A stretch of DNA of 64,000 bases from assembly GCA_038496445.1 (NCBI GenBank), contig JALMLS010000420.1, positions 248,001-312,000 on the forward strand. Reading direction: 5' to 3'. Below are positions 23,211 through 36,255 of this stretch, piece by piece; positions within the stretch are counted from its first letter, which is position 1, and each line of letters opens with the position of its first letter. The translations under genes and the position numbers were made by a program. Under the pieces are notes generated by a model, which saw only the letters and a list, made by a program, of their open reading frames with translations, had not been told where the DNA came from and did no database searches. Origin of the DNA: Trichosphaerium sp. ATCC 40318 (lineage: Eukaryota; Protista; Tubulinea).

Positions 23211-25665
23211 ATGTTCTCGAGGTTGTGTTTTATCTGTGTTGTATTGCTGTGTGCGTGTATTTTGCTTATTGGTTTCGTAAAAGAAGAAATAACTAACTCA
23301 TTGTGCAGTTTCTGTTGCTTTCAGCGACCTATCAGATCCCGTACTGTATGCACGTATTCAAGGGGACACTTCAGACGGCTTTGGAAGCCCATTTTTAGCA
23401 AGCAACGACTTTGGTATGTCACATTTCTCTTTGTATGTTGCTTACCTGATGAAGAGTACATTGTCGTCTCCTCACCGTTACAAGACACTGCAAATAGGAT
23501 TCTTAGATTTGGAGCATTTAATGAGATACTAACAAGTAACGTGGGAGGTAACAACTATGAATAATATCACTGTCCTTCCACTAAATAAATTCACTAGGCA
23601 TCAAATCGCTGGAAGATATGCCACATACAACAACACAGCACGTGCCAATACCTCAACAGGAAAGCGCTGGTTTTGGCACAAATGTACGGAATTGTACCAA
23701 CCCTCATTGCTAACTTTTGCATCAAGATTGCACGCTCAATAGTTGAAGGAATAGAACGCACGTGGACCCATATACCTGGTAAATCAGGGGTATGACTTAT
23801 TCTTTGTTTCGTCTCATTTAACAGTATCCTAGCTTTACATTTATCTTCATAATTCAACTACTGAACCAGCATACATTTTCTTGCGAGGAAAGTTTTGCAA
23901 CAACTTTGTAATTGCGCAGTATAAACCTAATGGAACTGTTGGAGTTATTATGGAATGTGATGATGCGCTTTACTCATATGAAGTGAGTCCGGAGATGCAA
24001 TTTGTAGAGACTTCAACATCAGTACTGGATATCCCAAATTTTGCAGTGCAACAAATAGTTGGCGGTCTACAGACTTCTGGCTACTACAGTACGTTTTGAT
24101 AGGTTACATATAAAAAACGATTGCTAATCTAATGCATCATTTAGTAACTAGCAATGATATGTATCAGATATTTTCTCTAGATGTTAACAACAACCAAACT
24201 GAATTGTATATCTTGACAAACAAAAAAAAGACAGTTGTACACCCTGATGATATTCGCTTTAATGAAGGCCTTCATGGATTTAGAGTCTCATTAGACATGC
24301 GTGCTGAATCAATCACACAAGTTGGATACACTGAGAGTTCCATTTTTCTTATGGTTTCTGACAATAATCGTAAGTTCTTAGTTTGTTTGTAATATTTTGG
24401 TAGTTTCTTAAACACTTTTTTAGAGACAATCAAGCTGATGGAAATACAAACCGACTATTCTAATGCAACTGAATTGTTTGAGATACACAATGATGTGTGT
24501 ACACAAGGACGGGTCTTTATGACATCAGGGAACTTTGACAGAGATGATATTATTGATTATGGCTTCGCTTGTCCTGGCAATAATCTATTTGGTTGGATAA
24601 GTGGAACACAGCTTGACAGTATTGAACAAGGTTCAAAATTAATCATGTCTGAGATCAGTAATCATGTGACACTTGGACTCACAACTATCACTGGTGTACA
24701 ATGTCAGGATTCAAACAGTGACGGTGTTGATGAACTTGTTGTTGGATCAGTTCCATATATTTCATGGTACAACATGGGTACAATGCAATACTTTTAGAAT
24801 ACAATCACTAACTTTGTGTTTTAGCAACACTCAAACAACCAACGTATCAAATTGATTCATTCAAATCAAACAATTTGACATCTGTCACAACTGATTTTGA
24901 TACACGTCAAACAAGAATCTTGGTTGTCACAATTGACACTTCAGAGTATGTCTAAAGCGTCTACCTGACCTACCCTAACTCTGTGTTCACTTATTTGCAC
25001 ACTAGGGATCAATATATTCAACTCAATGATGTCACTGTAAATGGTGATACTGTCGTGTATACAAACACATCTCAACACATCAATAGATCAATGTTATTGA
25101 CAGTGGAGTACAAACATAACACCACTGATAGTGTTGAAAATGTAAATATCATGTTGAGTATGACTGAATACCCTTTCGTTGATGTTTCATTTAACGTGAG
25201 TCATACAATCAATATTTCATCAAGTGCGTACTTTGTAAAACAAGAACATTGAAAACGCTCGTAAATACTGACATTATCTAAACAGATTGTGGAAATGGTG
25301 TATTCGACTCAAACACTGAAGAGTGTGATAATACAATTGGATGTGGCGATGAATGTCTGTGTGAAACATCATACTTGGGCAATGGATCTTGTGTACCTCC
25401 TCCAACAATGATACCGACAACAGATGCACCAGCAACTCCTCAACCAACAACAGACGCACCAATTACTTCTCAACCAACAACGGATGCACCCACTTCTTCT
25501 CAACCGACAACAACATCACCAACATCAATATTAGTATCAACCACAGCGTCACCAAGTACAACCCCACCTGTCACAGTATCATTGATTACAAGCAACTCAC
25601 CAACATGTATTGCGCCATTATTGCTATCTTTGGTATTTGTTATGTACTGTGTAGTCCTCGTGTAA
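23211..25665 (+). CDS. Predicted GPI-anchored surface protein B (FG-GAP-like, Cys-rich, PT stalk)
   Basis: The GT-AG junctions checked restore a continuous frame from MFSRLCFICVVLL to SNSPTCIAPLLLSLVFVMYCVVLV; GNFDRDDIIDYG, DSNSDGVDELVVG, CGNGVFDSNTEECD. Confidence 0.85.
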
Positions 25666-25730
25666 CCCTTTTGCTCAAATAAACACTCAAATAAAATCAC
25701 GTGTACTTTTATTTTTACAAAACATGGCTG

Positions 25731-26906
25731 TCAGAAATGCCCTAATCTTCTTGTAAATTTGGGTATGCTTTGCAACAACCTTAGGCCGTCTTCAGTTACT
25801 TTATTGCTATGTTCTAGATGTAACACTTTCAAGCCAGACAACGCCTCAATCCCATAATCAGTAACCGCCATGTTACGAAGATCAAGAGAGTACAATCTGG
25901 ACAATGCTCTAATACCTTTATCACTGACCAACTCGCAATATCTTAAAGACACTGTATGCGCATTAGAAAGAGCTTTAACACCTTCATCTCCAACATTACA
26001 AAAACTCAAATCAATACGATGAACGCCTCTCAAAGCCTTTATACCTTCATCAGTAATATTCTTACAATGACTTATATCTATAGAATAAACACCTGCTATT
26101 GCTTTTAATCCAACATCAGTAACAAGATCACAACAGCTTATATTAAGTGTATGTATTCCAACAAGAGCTGAAACACCAATATCTGAAATAAGTCTACAAC
26201 AACTTAAAGACAAACGATGAATACCAGATAAAGCCTTAACACCATCATCTGTTATATCCTCACAACCACTACAATAAGCTGTATGAACACCTGATAATGA
26301 TTTAATACCTTGACCGGTTACCTTACGACAAGCAATCAAGTTAATAAAGTAAACACCAGCCAAAGATTTTATACCTCTATCAGTAACTTGAATACACTTA
26401 AAAATGTTTATAGTGTGAACACCTGAAAGGGAAATAATCCCTTCATCTGTTATTTTAGTGCAATGACTCAAGTTTATAGTATGAATACCAGAAAGAGCGC
26501 TAACACCTTTGTCTGTGATGTTCGAAAAGTGACTAATGTCTAGAGCTTGTATACCTGATAATTTCATTATACCTCCATCTGTGATGTTATTAATGCCGTA
26601 ACACTCACTTATATCAAGTTTTTGTAACCCTTGTAAGCTTTTAATCAAGCTATTAGTAATTCTAGCACCGTTTAAAGCTATCATAGTGTTTTTGACTATC
26701 CCCTTGTTATTCCTTAGTTTTGGGATGTCTGATAGCGTAACAAACACTGTTTTATAGCCTATATGGTGATGTATTACATCTGAGAGCAGGCAACATGTTT
26801 GGGCAGCAGGAAAGCGTTCTACATCAAGATAATCGAGTATTTCGGTAATCAACTCTATTGGGAGATCCAGAAAGCAAGGTTTACGTTTATAAGTATTACC
26901 CAACAT
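25731..26906 (-). CDS. Intronless F-box + leucine-rich repeat protein
   Basis: F-box FLDLPIELITEILDYL; about 13 tandem ~22-aa repeats of the ITDEGIKALSGVHTINLSHC type; first ATG at 26906 (the track ORF starts at a GTG). Confidence 0.92.
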   Translation of the reverse strand: MLGNTYKRKPCFLDLPIELITEILDYLDVERFPAAQTCCLLSDVIHHHIGYKTVFVTLSDIPKLRNNKGIVKNTMIALNGARITNSLIKSLQGLQKLDISECYGINNITDGGIMKLSGIQALDISHFSNITDKGVSALSGIHTINLSHCTKITDEGIISLSGVHTINIFKCIQVTDRGIKSLAGVYFINLIACRKVTGQGIKSLSGVHTAYCSGCEDITDDGVKALSGIHRLSLSCCRLISDIGVSALVGIHTLNISCCDLVTDVGLKAIAGVYSIDISHCKNITDEGIKALRGVHRIDLSFCNVGDEGVKALSNAHTVSLRYCELVSDKGIRALSRLYSLDLRNMAVTDYGIEALSGLKVLHLEHSNKVTEDGLRLLQSIPKFTRRLGHF

Positions 26907-27869
26907 AATAACACTAAAAACCTTCTTTTTAGCGTTTAAATTACTATTTAGCGCTTGTTTTGACACGTTTCAGTAGTTGTATGATTCAAAAGGCACAATT
27001 TAGCGTTTATAGCGCTTTGAGGATTAAATCGTCTTTACAGTCGCCAGTTTGAGTCAAAGCGGTTGTAATCAGGTGGCTACCATAAATATGAACCTCACTT
27101 ACGCTTGACTTAAGGTATTGTAAGTCACTTCGCGAATTCTCATTGCGGTTACACTTCACTACATGGCTCGCACTACGCGAATCGGACCCAAAAAGAATTC
27201 CGAGCCTTGTAAAATATTATTTACCCTCAACAAGAGGCTTTCGCGGAAAGCGGGTAATAAAACTGTACCAGTACGCCTGTTTTCAGTTCGCCTGACGCTC
27301 AAAACAAGCATTTTTTTTTGTATGTTCGAAAGCTAAATCGCTCTCTAGACTCAAGCAATACGTATACTCACTCTATGTAAGACAAGTAAAAGCAATCTTA
27401 TACCTGTATGGATTGGTACAAAAAAACAATGTTTGTACGACGTCAATCGAGAAGTAAGACATTCTGTGAATACTGTATGAGTAAGCGCACTGTGAAAGTG
27501 TTGTAAATAAAAAAAAATGTAAATAGCAAACTACTTTCATGACACGTGATATAATTTTTGAATTTTGACAAAATTTTTTTGACAGATGTCATATGTTTTA
27601 TTGGATACGTAGGTACAATACTTGCCATGCACGTGAAAAGGATACAATATTGTGGATTTTTGGTCTTCAGGTTAGGTTAAGATAATGTCGGTGATGTAAC
27701 TTTCTTCCCAGACCATATCGTAGCGATGCTTTGTTTACTTTGTGGCTATCAAGTTCAAGAAGCTCTAGCAAAGAGCTGTTGTACAAATAGCAGGCAGACA
27801 AAAACGCCCAGAACAGATAAAGAAATAACAAGCTGTCTGTGAAGCCGTACATGATTTAGGAACAGCGCC

Positions 27870-28100
27870 AATGGTGATCACTGCCAAAGAAGCTTTCCTC
27901 AGAGGTATTTGCCTTGTCAAGGCCCTTACTTGCTTTATGTTATGTCAATACATTCAGGTATAGCACAAACTATTAAAAAGAAGATTGGCGTATTTCATCT
28001 AAACGGGTTAAAAAAGCAACACCATTTTTGGTCACTACTCCATTCGTACAGAGGTCAAATGCTACATATACGAGCATGTTTAATTCTGCATGGTAAATCA
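27870..28100 (-). mobile_element. Possible highly decayed non-LTR retrotransposon APE-endonuclease remnant
   Basis: Ordered, frameshifted motifs (LN)ARI...KNG.AFL...IDIT..AS...FGSDH resembling GDxNAR / NG / IDxx / SDH of LINE endonucleases; many stops. Confidence 0.3.
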
Positions 28101-29731
28101 ACACCGTTTAATATCAGGTACCTCCCGTCAATCTCAATGTACCAGCTAGCGCCAACAAGTACTTACTATCCACTTTTGTTTTCTTCCCTGCCAACTTCCA
28201 AAGTAAACTAGTCTTATTTACCCATACAATATTGTACGGGCAAGCATAGGGATTAAAGACGTTCTACAGCGCATAGTGTGGCCATTGTGGTGTGCATGAG
28301 ATAAGGAGAACAGTTAGTAATCTCAAACAACTCACTTCAACTAGCGTACATTGCTCTACCAGCCATTTATCGCTACCACAGCAACTAGGGTACCAATCCT
28401 TTTGTATAACCCATACGTACACTTTAACCGATTCACAAATACGTTATTCAAAACCGTAAAACACGTACGCGCTGTATTATGACCAATACAAGCTGAATCT
28501 TATTGTCATTTTTTTAGTGTCAATTTTAGCAGTTTCCTAAAGCACGTGGTAGGTGCTAACTTACAAAAACTGCAGTTATTCCATGCTTACTTCGCTTGGT
28601 TTACAAGCACTGTGTGCATGCGTTACGTATTCATTTAGTGCGTAATTAATGGCCCTGACGCCTGTTTTTGTTAGTTGACCTCCAAAATCTTCTACAGGAT
28701 TACCGCTTTCCACATGGAAAAGAAAACGATGTTGTGCCTTTTGGATACAGATCTTTTTACTAAATCTTGTGTGAATGATAAACCGGGTACAAGGGAGACC
28801 TTTGGGGCGACTGTAATTCAACGCGAACTGCAACAAAAGCTTTCTAATAATGCAGGATTTTCGGAACCTTGTACGGGCTGCAATATACTCTGGCACGTTT
28901 TTGTGTGATATCACACACTACAAAACCCCAATCCTGACGTTTAACAGCACGAAGGCTTTGTAAGTTGCACTGAGGGTAAGCTTTTTTTATATCTCGCTAG
29001 CGCCCTTCTTCGTTTATGATTTGTTACGAACTGTTACAATTATAAAGCGCACATTGTGGGCACAAACCAGCGCTACAAAAGGTACGCTTTACTGGCAGCC
29101 AAACGTTACTACTTCAAAAAAATGGAAGTACTCATTTAAATTTATTGCGTATGTCTCTTACTGGGTACAATACGCACTACCCAAACCATACAATATGTTC
29201 TAAATATTGTATTTAGTAGTATGAAATACATGGTATATACTACAGGAAACAACATTTCCGTTAATACTGAAAAGAAACTTCCTCTTTACACAATTTTATG
29301 GCGCAATTTTTTTTTTCAAAACGCGGCGAAATAATTACTCCACTTGTATCACACAAATGTTTTCGGAAAATCATTTCTGTACACTATACAATAAACTGGG
29401 AATATCTGTTATCCCGCATTCTCACTATGACTATTCTACCGCTTTTTGTTGGCACCACAATTAGTTCTAAAAACAATGTTTTCGCGTTTGGGACGTTTCG
29501 TTGTCGACTTGTAAAGGAAAAAGGAGGGTGAGGAAGAAAGTCTTAGATGTTACCACATGATATAAATATAGTAGATAAAGCGTGTAAAAACATGAGAAGA
29601 TAAAATTATAAACAACATAGTCGGGTGTCTTTCTCAAAAGTTTTTTTTTAATAAATTACAAATTATTCTTTTAGTTTCTATTGTACACCTCTTTGTTTTC
29701 TTTTTTTTTCGCCGTCTTGCGCTCTAGTGTT

Positions 29732-30980
29732 CTAAAGCGAACAAGCCCAAGCGATTGAATTCACATGTATACCAAACGATGGGTGGTTTAGGCCAATAAA
29801 GTACGTGGAGTTGTCGCACTTCCAAGACCAACGGACGTGTGGATAGCAGTGTAACATCTTTGAAATCTGCGAGTTCACTTTTTGCCAAGCGGCCGCTTCG
29901 GAGTATCGTAGTTGAAAACGCCACCTTCTACCTTTTTTACGGTTGTCAAGCATTTGAACCCACCTCCATAAAAGGTCAGCTTTGAAAACAAAAAGAGAAA
30001 AGAAAAAAACAAGTTCTGATTTTTTTTGGGTTTTTGGTTTGTCAAAACCGTAACAATATTGATCACAATAAAATGATACGCACCTGGACATAGACCTGTA
30101 CGTGCTATACTCGTTTCTAGGTCTTTTAGACTTTTGTGAGGTAAATATATTGATACCGAGCATAAAAACAGCGTGATTACTAAACCATTGTAAGCGCATT
30201 GAACGCAAAGGTAAGAGAGCATTTAGAAAAAAAAAAAATAACCGGAAAATAAAACGTTCCGCAACGCAAGTTTTTATCTCATCACGTGAACTTTTGTGGT
30301 TCATCACGTTTTTTTTTAAAAGTAGAATGGTATTCGTATCGCGTAACACGTGCAAATGAGAAGGGTTTTGGGAGATTTTTGGCGTACGTTACTTGGAACA
30401 AAGTGTCGTCTTCTGGTTGGCTTTCTACGCCGATACCAAGCTTTGTTACCATACACAGAGCGTATAGAATAGGACGGGTGTTCTTTCCGAAAAACTTGGC
30501 TAGTGAATCCGAGTAATCAAGCGTAAATAGCTCCCATGGATCCTAGAAAAGACGAGTGAGTGATTTGCTCAAGCTTAGTAAACTGTAAAAAAAAGTTCAA
30601 AAAAACAAAACGAAAAAAACCAAAAAGAAAAATGTCCACGTCACGTGAATAAACAAAGTAAAAGACGGTAAACGATAAAGATTGTCGTGTCGTATGCTCG
30701 ATAGTTTTAAAAAAAGGTAATCTGAAGCTTGAGGCGTAAAAACTTGAAAAAAAAAACGAACAAGGCAAGTTCGTTGGATATGAAAGTTGTGAACGGATTT
30801 CAGGCGATTTGGTAAGCCTTGATATACCAATAAATGGTCTTTTAAACATGTATACGTACAGCTTCGAAGTTCGCTTGCTTGTTATCTGCCTTGGCAGCAG
30901 ATCTAAAGCTTTTTGAAGTTCTTTTAGGTGGTCTAGACCCAATCTTATCAATATTAACAGTATAGCGCATGATTCCACGT
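29732..30980 (-). CDS. Hypothetical multi-exon protein (boundaries uncertain)
   Basis: Open stretches bounded by GT/AG sites (DPWELFTLDYSD...; YLPHKSLKDLETSIARTGLCP|ADLLWRWVQ...WACSL*) separated by T-rich intron-like DNA; no family recognised. Confidence 0.35.
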
Positions 30981-32534
30981 GATGAAGCCATTTTCCGATT
31001 TATAAATTCGAAAACGTATTCGCTCTTTAGTTATTGTAGTATGTCTTAGAATTCTTATAACAAGAATTTCTTTGGAAGAAGTCTGGTCTTTTGCTTTCAC
31101 TGTAAAAGTAGAAATTCAATATGTTATTTTTTTACCTAGGAATAGCATTGACTTAACATTGTATCGGCCATGTGATTTACCGCATATGTGAAATTTAATG
31201 CATGATGCAATGTGCTTCAAAATTCATCCAAACAAAAAAAGACACAAACGCTAAAAAACAGGTCGAAGTTTATTTTATTTAGTCACGTGATACTTTCTGT
31301 AATCTTACAGAGCGTAAAGTACGGTATTCATCTCTTTCCACAACGAAAGACCTCAACAGAAAATAAGTAGTAGTCTTGTCGAGCACTACGACGCGTGGAG
31401 AGTACTATGGGTCATAGGAAAAGTGGTTTTACCTCTCCTCAAAGAATTTTCTGACTTTGTCGTTCCTACGTATTCATCGTCGCGTGTAGTTCAAGCGGAT
31501 AAACTTGTCAAACTTCCCCCTTTGTTTGCTGAAGGTAAACACCACGTGACGTTTTTTTTGCGCTTTAGAGACTGTCGCCTTTGAGGTTAACCTTTGTTTG
31601 TGTAACACATTAGATTGGTAAGATCCGTATTTGGTCTCTATGTATGACCTGTAGTAGAATTCTAAGCTGACGTTTGAGTACATGTACAAAGTAGATCGAA
31701 ACGCGCGAACTTCGACAAGTATTACATCGCGTAATAATTTAAATACATACGCTATCTTTAAAGGTTAAAGATCTCTTAAAAGACTGACCCAAACAAGACG
31801 TATAATATTCTCCCTCTACTTATAATCATTACATAACAAGAGATTCACAGCACCACTGTTTAATGGACAACTGTAAAGACTGCGAAGAGCGGCTATAAAA
31901 TTTGCCCGTGTGGCAGATGTTTAACATTCTTACTAGTATTCCTAGGTGCCCTGTGGATGTTTGTATAGGTTACAATTGCTCTACGGCGAGTCGGTACCAG
32001 TTTTGTCCGGACGAAGAAGCACATTGGATGGCATTTTTCTGTGGACTATTACATTGCCTCGGAAGAGTTTGTAGCTGCATGCGGACACAACTTGATAGTG
32101 TACATTTATGCAGTTACGATGTACTAGTACTAAACTTGCTTTACGACCTTTGATACTAGGTGTTGGTTTTCTGACTAGTACATAGTCTGCAGGATGCTTA
32201 CTGTAAACCAAATAAAACCTTTCTCAACCATTCTTTTTTGATCTGTTCCAGACGTTCACATGTTACTAAACGTCGCTCTTATTGAGAACAACTATGTTGT
32301 GCGTGCTATACAATACTGTCAGGAAACGTAAACCCGAACGCACTAACATCGAGTTTATGAGTCGTCAGTCTCGAGTTCTCTGTATGTGTTTTGTATTGTA
32401 CTAACCGACATTGTTGAGGAAGCGAAGACGGTACAGCTATTATCATGTGTGACACTTTATTTTAGGGATATATACAATAGGTCGATTTTACAATGAAACA
32501 AATGACAGAGCGTTCAACTCAACCTCATGCAATA

Positions 32535-33348
32535 CTATGAGACAGAAATTGCTGATTTTAATTGTTTTGTAAAATCAACTGAACTATCCTTTAACTTATC
32601 CGTCATATCTACAACTAAGTATTAGCGCTTTAATAAACAGACACCAAGCCCGAGAATATTGTCATACCTATAATTTCCTTCATGATGGAGAGAGATTCAT
32701 CTAACATTTCAAAACTGGCTTCAAATAGCTCATGTGATTCTACAACATCTACCATTGCTTTTCTCTGCTCTTTTTCAAATTCAATGCTTCTTAATTGGTT
32801 TAAATAATGACTGTGACGTTTCATGGATTCCAAATCTTCTTCAGAACGGGCCTTGACGTGTCCCGATTCACGTAAAGAATCAGGGAAAATTTTTGGTAAC
32901 GTGAAGTTTATACCCTCTGATACGACTTTGTTCAACTCTTTCATTGCCCAGTCTCTCTGTTTTTTTGCCGTTTTCCTTCTCTTTTTCAATACATCACATC
33001 TTTCTAGAGCAGCTGATTCATGTTGAAGAGCCTCATCACGCTCAGCAATAGATTGGTCTCTTTCTTTAACGAGTTGGTCCTTTTGGTACTGAAGAAGACG
33101 TAATTTATCTCTTAAGCCTTGTTCTGGCTTTGTATTCGCCAATACACGCTTTGAACGGGAATCATCAAATGAAATTGTTCTACCACGTGTTCTAAACGTA
33201 TAAAATAAGAAAAACAACTTGTCAAGTGTATTTTGTCATACATGAAGGTATTTCCTTGGCTTTTACGAAGTTCGTAATTTTTACCACCTACACTGCTTCC
33301 TCTTGTAACCATACTCTTTCTCCTAGGTCTTTTTGAGCGTACACTCAT
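32535..33348 (-). CDS. Hypothetical coiled-coil protein (3 exons)
   Basis: MSVRSKRPRRKS exon, 195-aa ORF with KERDQSIAERDEAL heptads, last exon DMTDKLKDSSVDFTKQLKSAISVS*. Confidence 0.6.
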
Positions 33349-34678
33349 GTTTTTTTCTATATAGCGTGAGTTGATATGAGGAGATTCTCAATGATTTGAC
33401 AAACGGTAGCTTTATGTGACACGAGATTTTTTTCGGTACAAATGTCGTTATTAGCACGTGTAGGGAAGTAACTGATGACTGTTGGGTTTTTATGATAAAG
33501 TGGAATTTATAGTGTACCAGTTGGCGTTAACAAAATGTTGTCACCCTTAAATCTATCCTTGATGAGATGTATTATATTATCGTTTTGTTTAGCGGTATCT
33601 GTCTTGAATCTAAGAATAGGAGATGTGACGATTTGCTCACATGTTGTATGACGCCATTCACGTGTGACAAACGGCATAAGAAAAACGTTCTTTTATGTGT
33701 TATATAAGACACTGCCTCGGAGTTATTTGTTTATCGAACACAGCGAACCTTCGTGCTGTAATCCAAAAAAGAACAACCGTAACGATCCGTTTATCGGGGT
33801 TTCGTTCGAGATTTGTTTTTTCTTTCACTATCCACACAGTGTTGCTTTTGAGATTGTACTAACTATTGTACACGTACCTTTCATTGCTGTATGTTTCTTT
33901 AACGTATTATTGGTAATGGCCCAGGACGTCATGTCCAAAACACTAGAGCAGCACTACAATGGCATTTTCAACTCAAAAAAAAAACCTACAATCTGTAATC
34001 AGTTTTAAGTCGTTCTTCCAAGTGGTAGCGTAGCCTCTATGCGTGAAAGTCGCTGTTGCAATAACTAAATTGTGGTAGTGGTATGAAATTAGTGGTTCAT
34101 CTCGACTGTATGAGGCATATAGGGCAGCATCGCTTATGAGACGGTTTCATAAATTCAGAAATTTGTTTGTGAAGAAAGTGTATCAAAAATCAAACATTTT
34201 TCGAAACTGTCTCAAACGCAATGCTGCCTCTTTAACAACTAGACTTTTCAGCTTTGCCAAGGGAAACAAAATTGCACTGTGTGTAGGTGTTAAACTTACA
34301 CTCCTGCTCATTGTGGTATCATGTCCCTACTTATTTCGCAAATGACTGTCGACTGTCAGTCGGTTAACTGATATCTGATGAACAACTGTTCGTTTACAAT
34401 CACTACTTGGAGTGCTGCAACATTACGCCAAAAAAAGGTGTTTATTATTCAGTTTTCTGGTTTTCTGATATATTTAGATTTACTTTACTGGCGTGGAATC
34501 CTTTTCATCCTTCTTGTGGACTTTTTGAGAATTTACAAAAATAGTAATCAACAGTCACCTAAACCACTTGTCATGTCAATTTCTATTGACGTCAACGCGT
34601 GTACGTTTTATAAATAGGGTTTGTTGTTTGATCAACGTACAAGTAGCCGTTTTTCTTTACATAACCGTTAATCAGTAG

Positions 34679-35989
34679 GTTATTTCCCTATATCGTTTTT
34701 ACCACCAGAATTAATACCAGGCACACATTTAAAACATATTGTTAGTTCATTATACTTACGCTAAATCAAGAAATACTGCTATGGTTGCCTATGAGCGATA
34801 TAAGGAGTGCCAGATTAGCAAGCAGGACATTTCGCAAACAGCTTGACAATACAAAGGAAGTACAGGCACGTTTTACGCAATTCGCGATTCACTGGCGTTA
34901 TATTACGCTAATTTCAAGAGCAACGGAAAAACCCAACAAGAAAATAGTCCCTAACGCTTAAACGTAATCCCATACTAGTATTGCCTCAAACCGCACGTCA
35001 CTACAACATTAGAAACGGATTTAGCATCAAGCAAGTTGTATTACAGCAAAGTCATGATTCCAACGCCTACGAACAAGGGACGTAACTAGTATAGCGCTGT
35101 AACACATTCTAAACGACTATATCTAGATCTTACTACTTTCACCTCAAGCCTTTCTGTTCTTGGACGTCAAAACAGGCCAAGTCACAAAACGTGAACATAA
35201 TCTCGCTTTTTCAAGGTCAGATATGGTTTTTGATGAGTCTGGCAACATTGTATTTTGTACAAAGATGGAAGGAATATGGAAGATAGTGACTTACGATATT
35301 GATAAGTCAGAAACAAAAAAATGTGTTGATATTTCTGGTGGATCAGAAAATAGCTTCTTTAGCGCTTGTTGTGTTACACCTCTAGGTGTACTTATAATAT
35401 CGGATCATAACAATAATAGGATCTATAAGGTGAGCAAGTATGGTACCCTAGAGCATTTTGTTAGACCACCCTCTCCAGGATTAATGACGCCTTATCAAGT
35501 TGTCGGTTAGTTTTTCTTCTAAATGTGGAATCTGACAAATAACCTTTAACCCCTTTTTTGGTACTTAGCTGACCCATCTCGCTTGGGTATTTGTTATGTA
35601 AATTATGGAGACGTTCTGGCACGTGTAGATAGTACTGTGACTAAACGTTTATCGAGTACGCAACAGAGGCAATTGCTTATTTTTTACATTTTTGTTCTTG
35701 TTTTTGTTTGATTATTAATACTCTATTTTCAGCTGCAAGGGTTCTGTATGAGACTTCCCCTGTTGAGTACATGTACTCCTTACGATGTGACGAACGTGGA
35801 AACCTATATTTTATCACTTCTGCAAGCATATATAAGATAACACTTGATACAAGGATTATGCGTGTGTTTAAGTTGAAATTGGATAAAAATCCTATCTCAG
35901 CAGATATTTGTATTATCGGAAAGTACTTGTACGTTTTGCATGCTGTCATAGCGAATGAGGAGACTATATTGCGAATAAAATGTATCTAA
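34679..35989 (+). CDS. F-box protein with NHL/beta-propeller-like repeats (start not resolved)
   Basis: Spliced F-box FPISFLPPELIPEILLWLPMSDIRSARLASRTFRKQL; DMVFDESGNIVF, VTPLGVLIISDHNNNRIYKV, RCDERGNLYF. Confidence 0.7.
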
Positions 35990-36255
35990 AAAAAAAAAGA
36001 AAAGATAAAATAAAAAAACAGTACTTTATACTCTTATTGTACCTTATCACGTACTGCTATAATACTGGTAGTAGTAATCACTATTACCTGGTAATTTCTG
36101 GTGCTAATTTTGAAGCCATTGATGCCTGTGGTGGCTTTCATGGGGAGTAAAAAATACATGTTCCAAAAAAGTAATTGTTTTATTTTTTTGCAATAAATTG
36201 ATTACTCATTGTGTTTTTATAGTACACGTGATTTTAAACTTCGGGTTATGAGAAC

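Noticed and set aside
31863-32153. Small Cys-rich ORF
   Set aside because: No convincing start/splice model or recognisable motif
34860-34920. Additional GC donor CAG|GCACGT at 34866
   Set aside because: The frame reads through without needing an intron, and splicing to the nearby AGs gives stops
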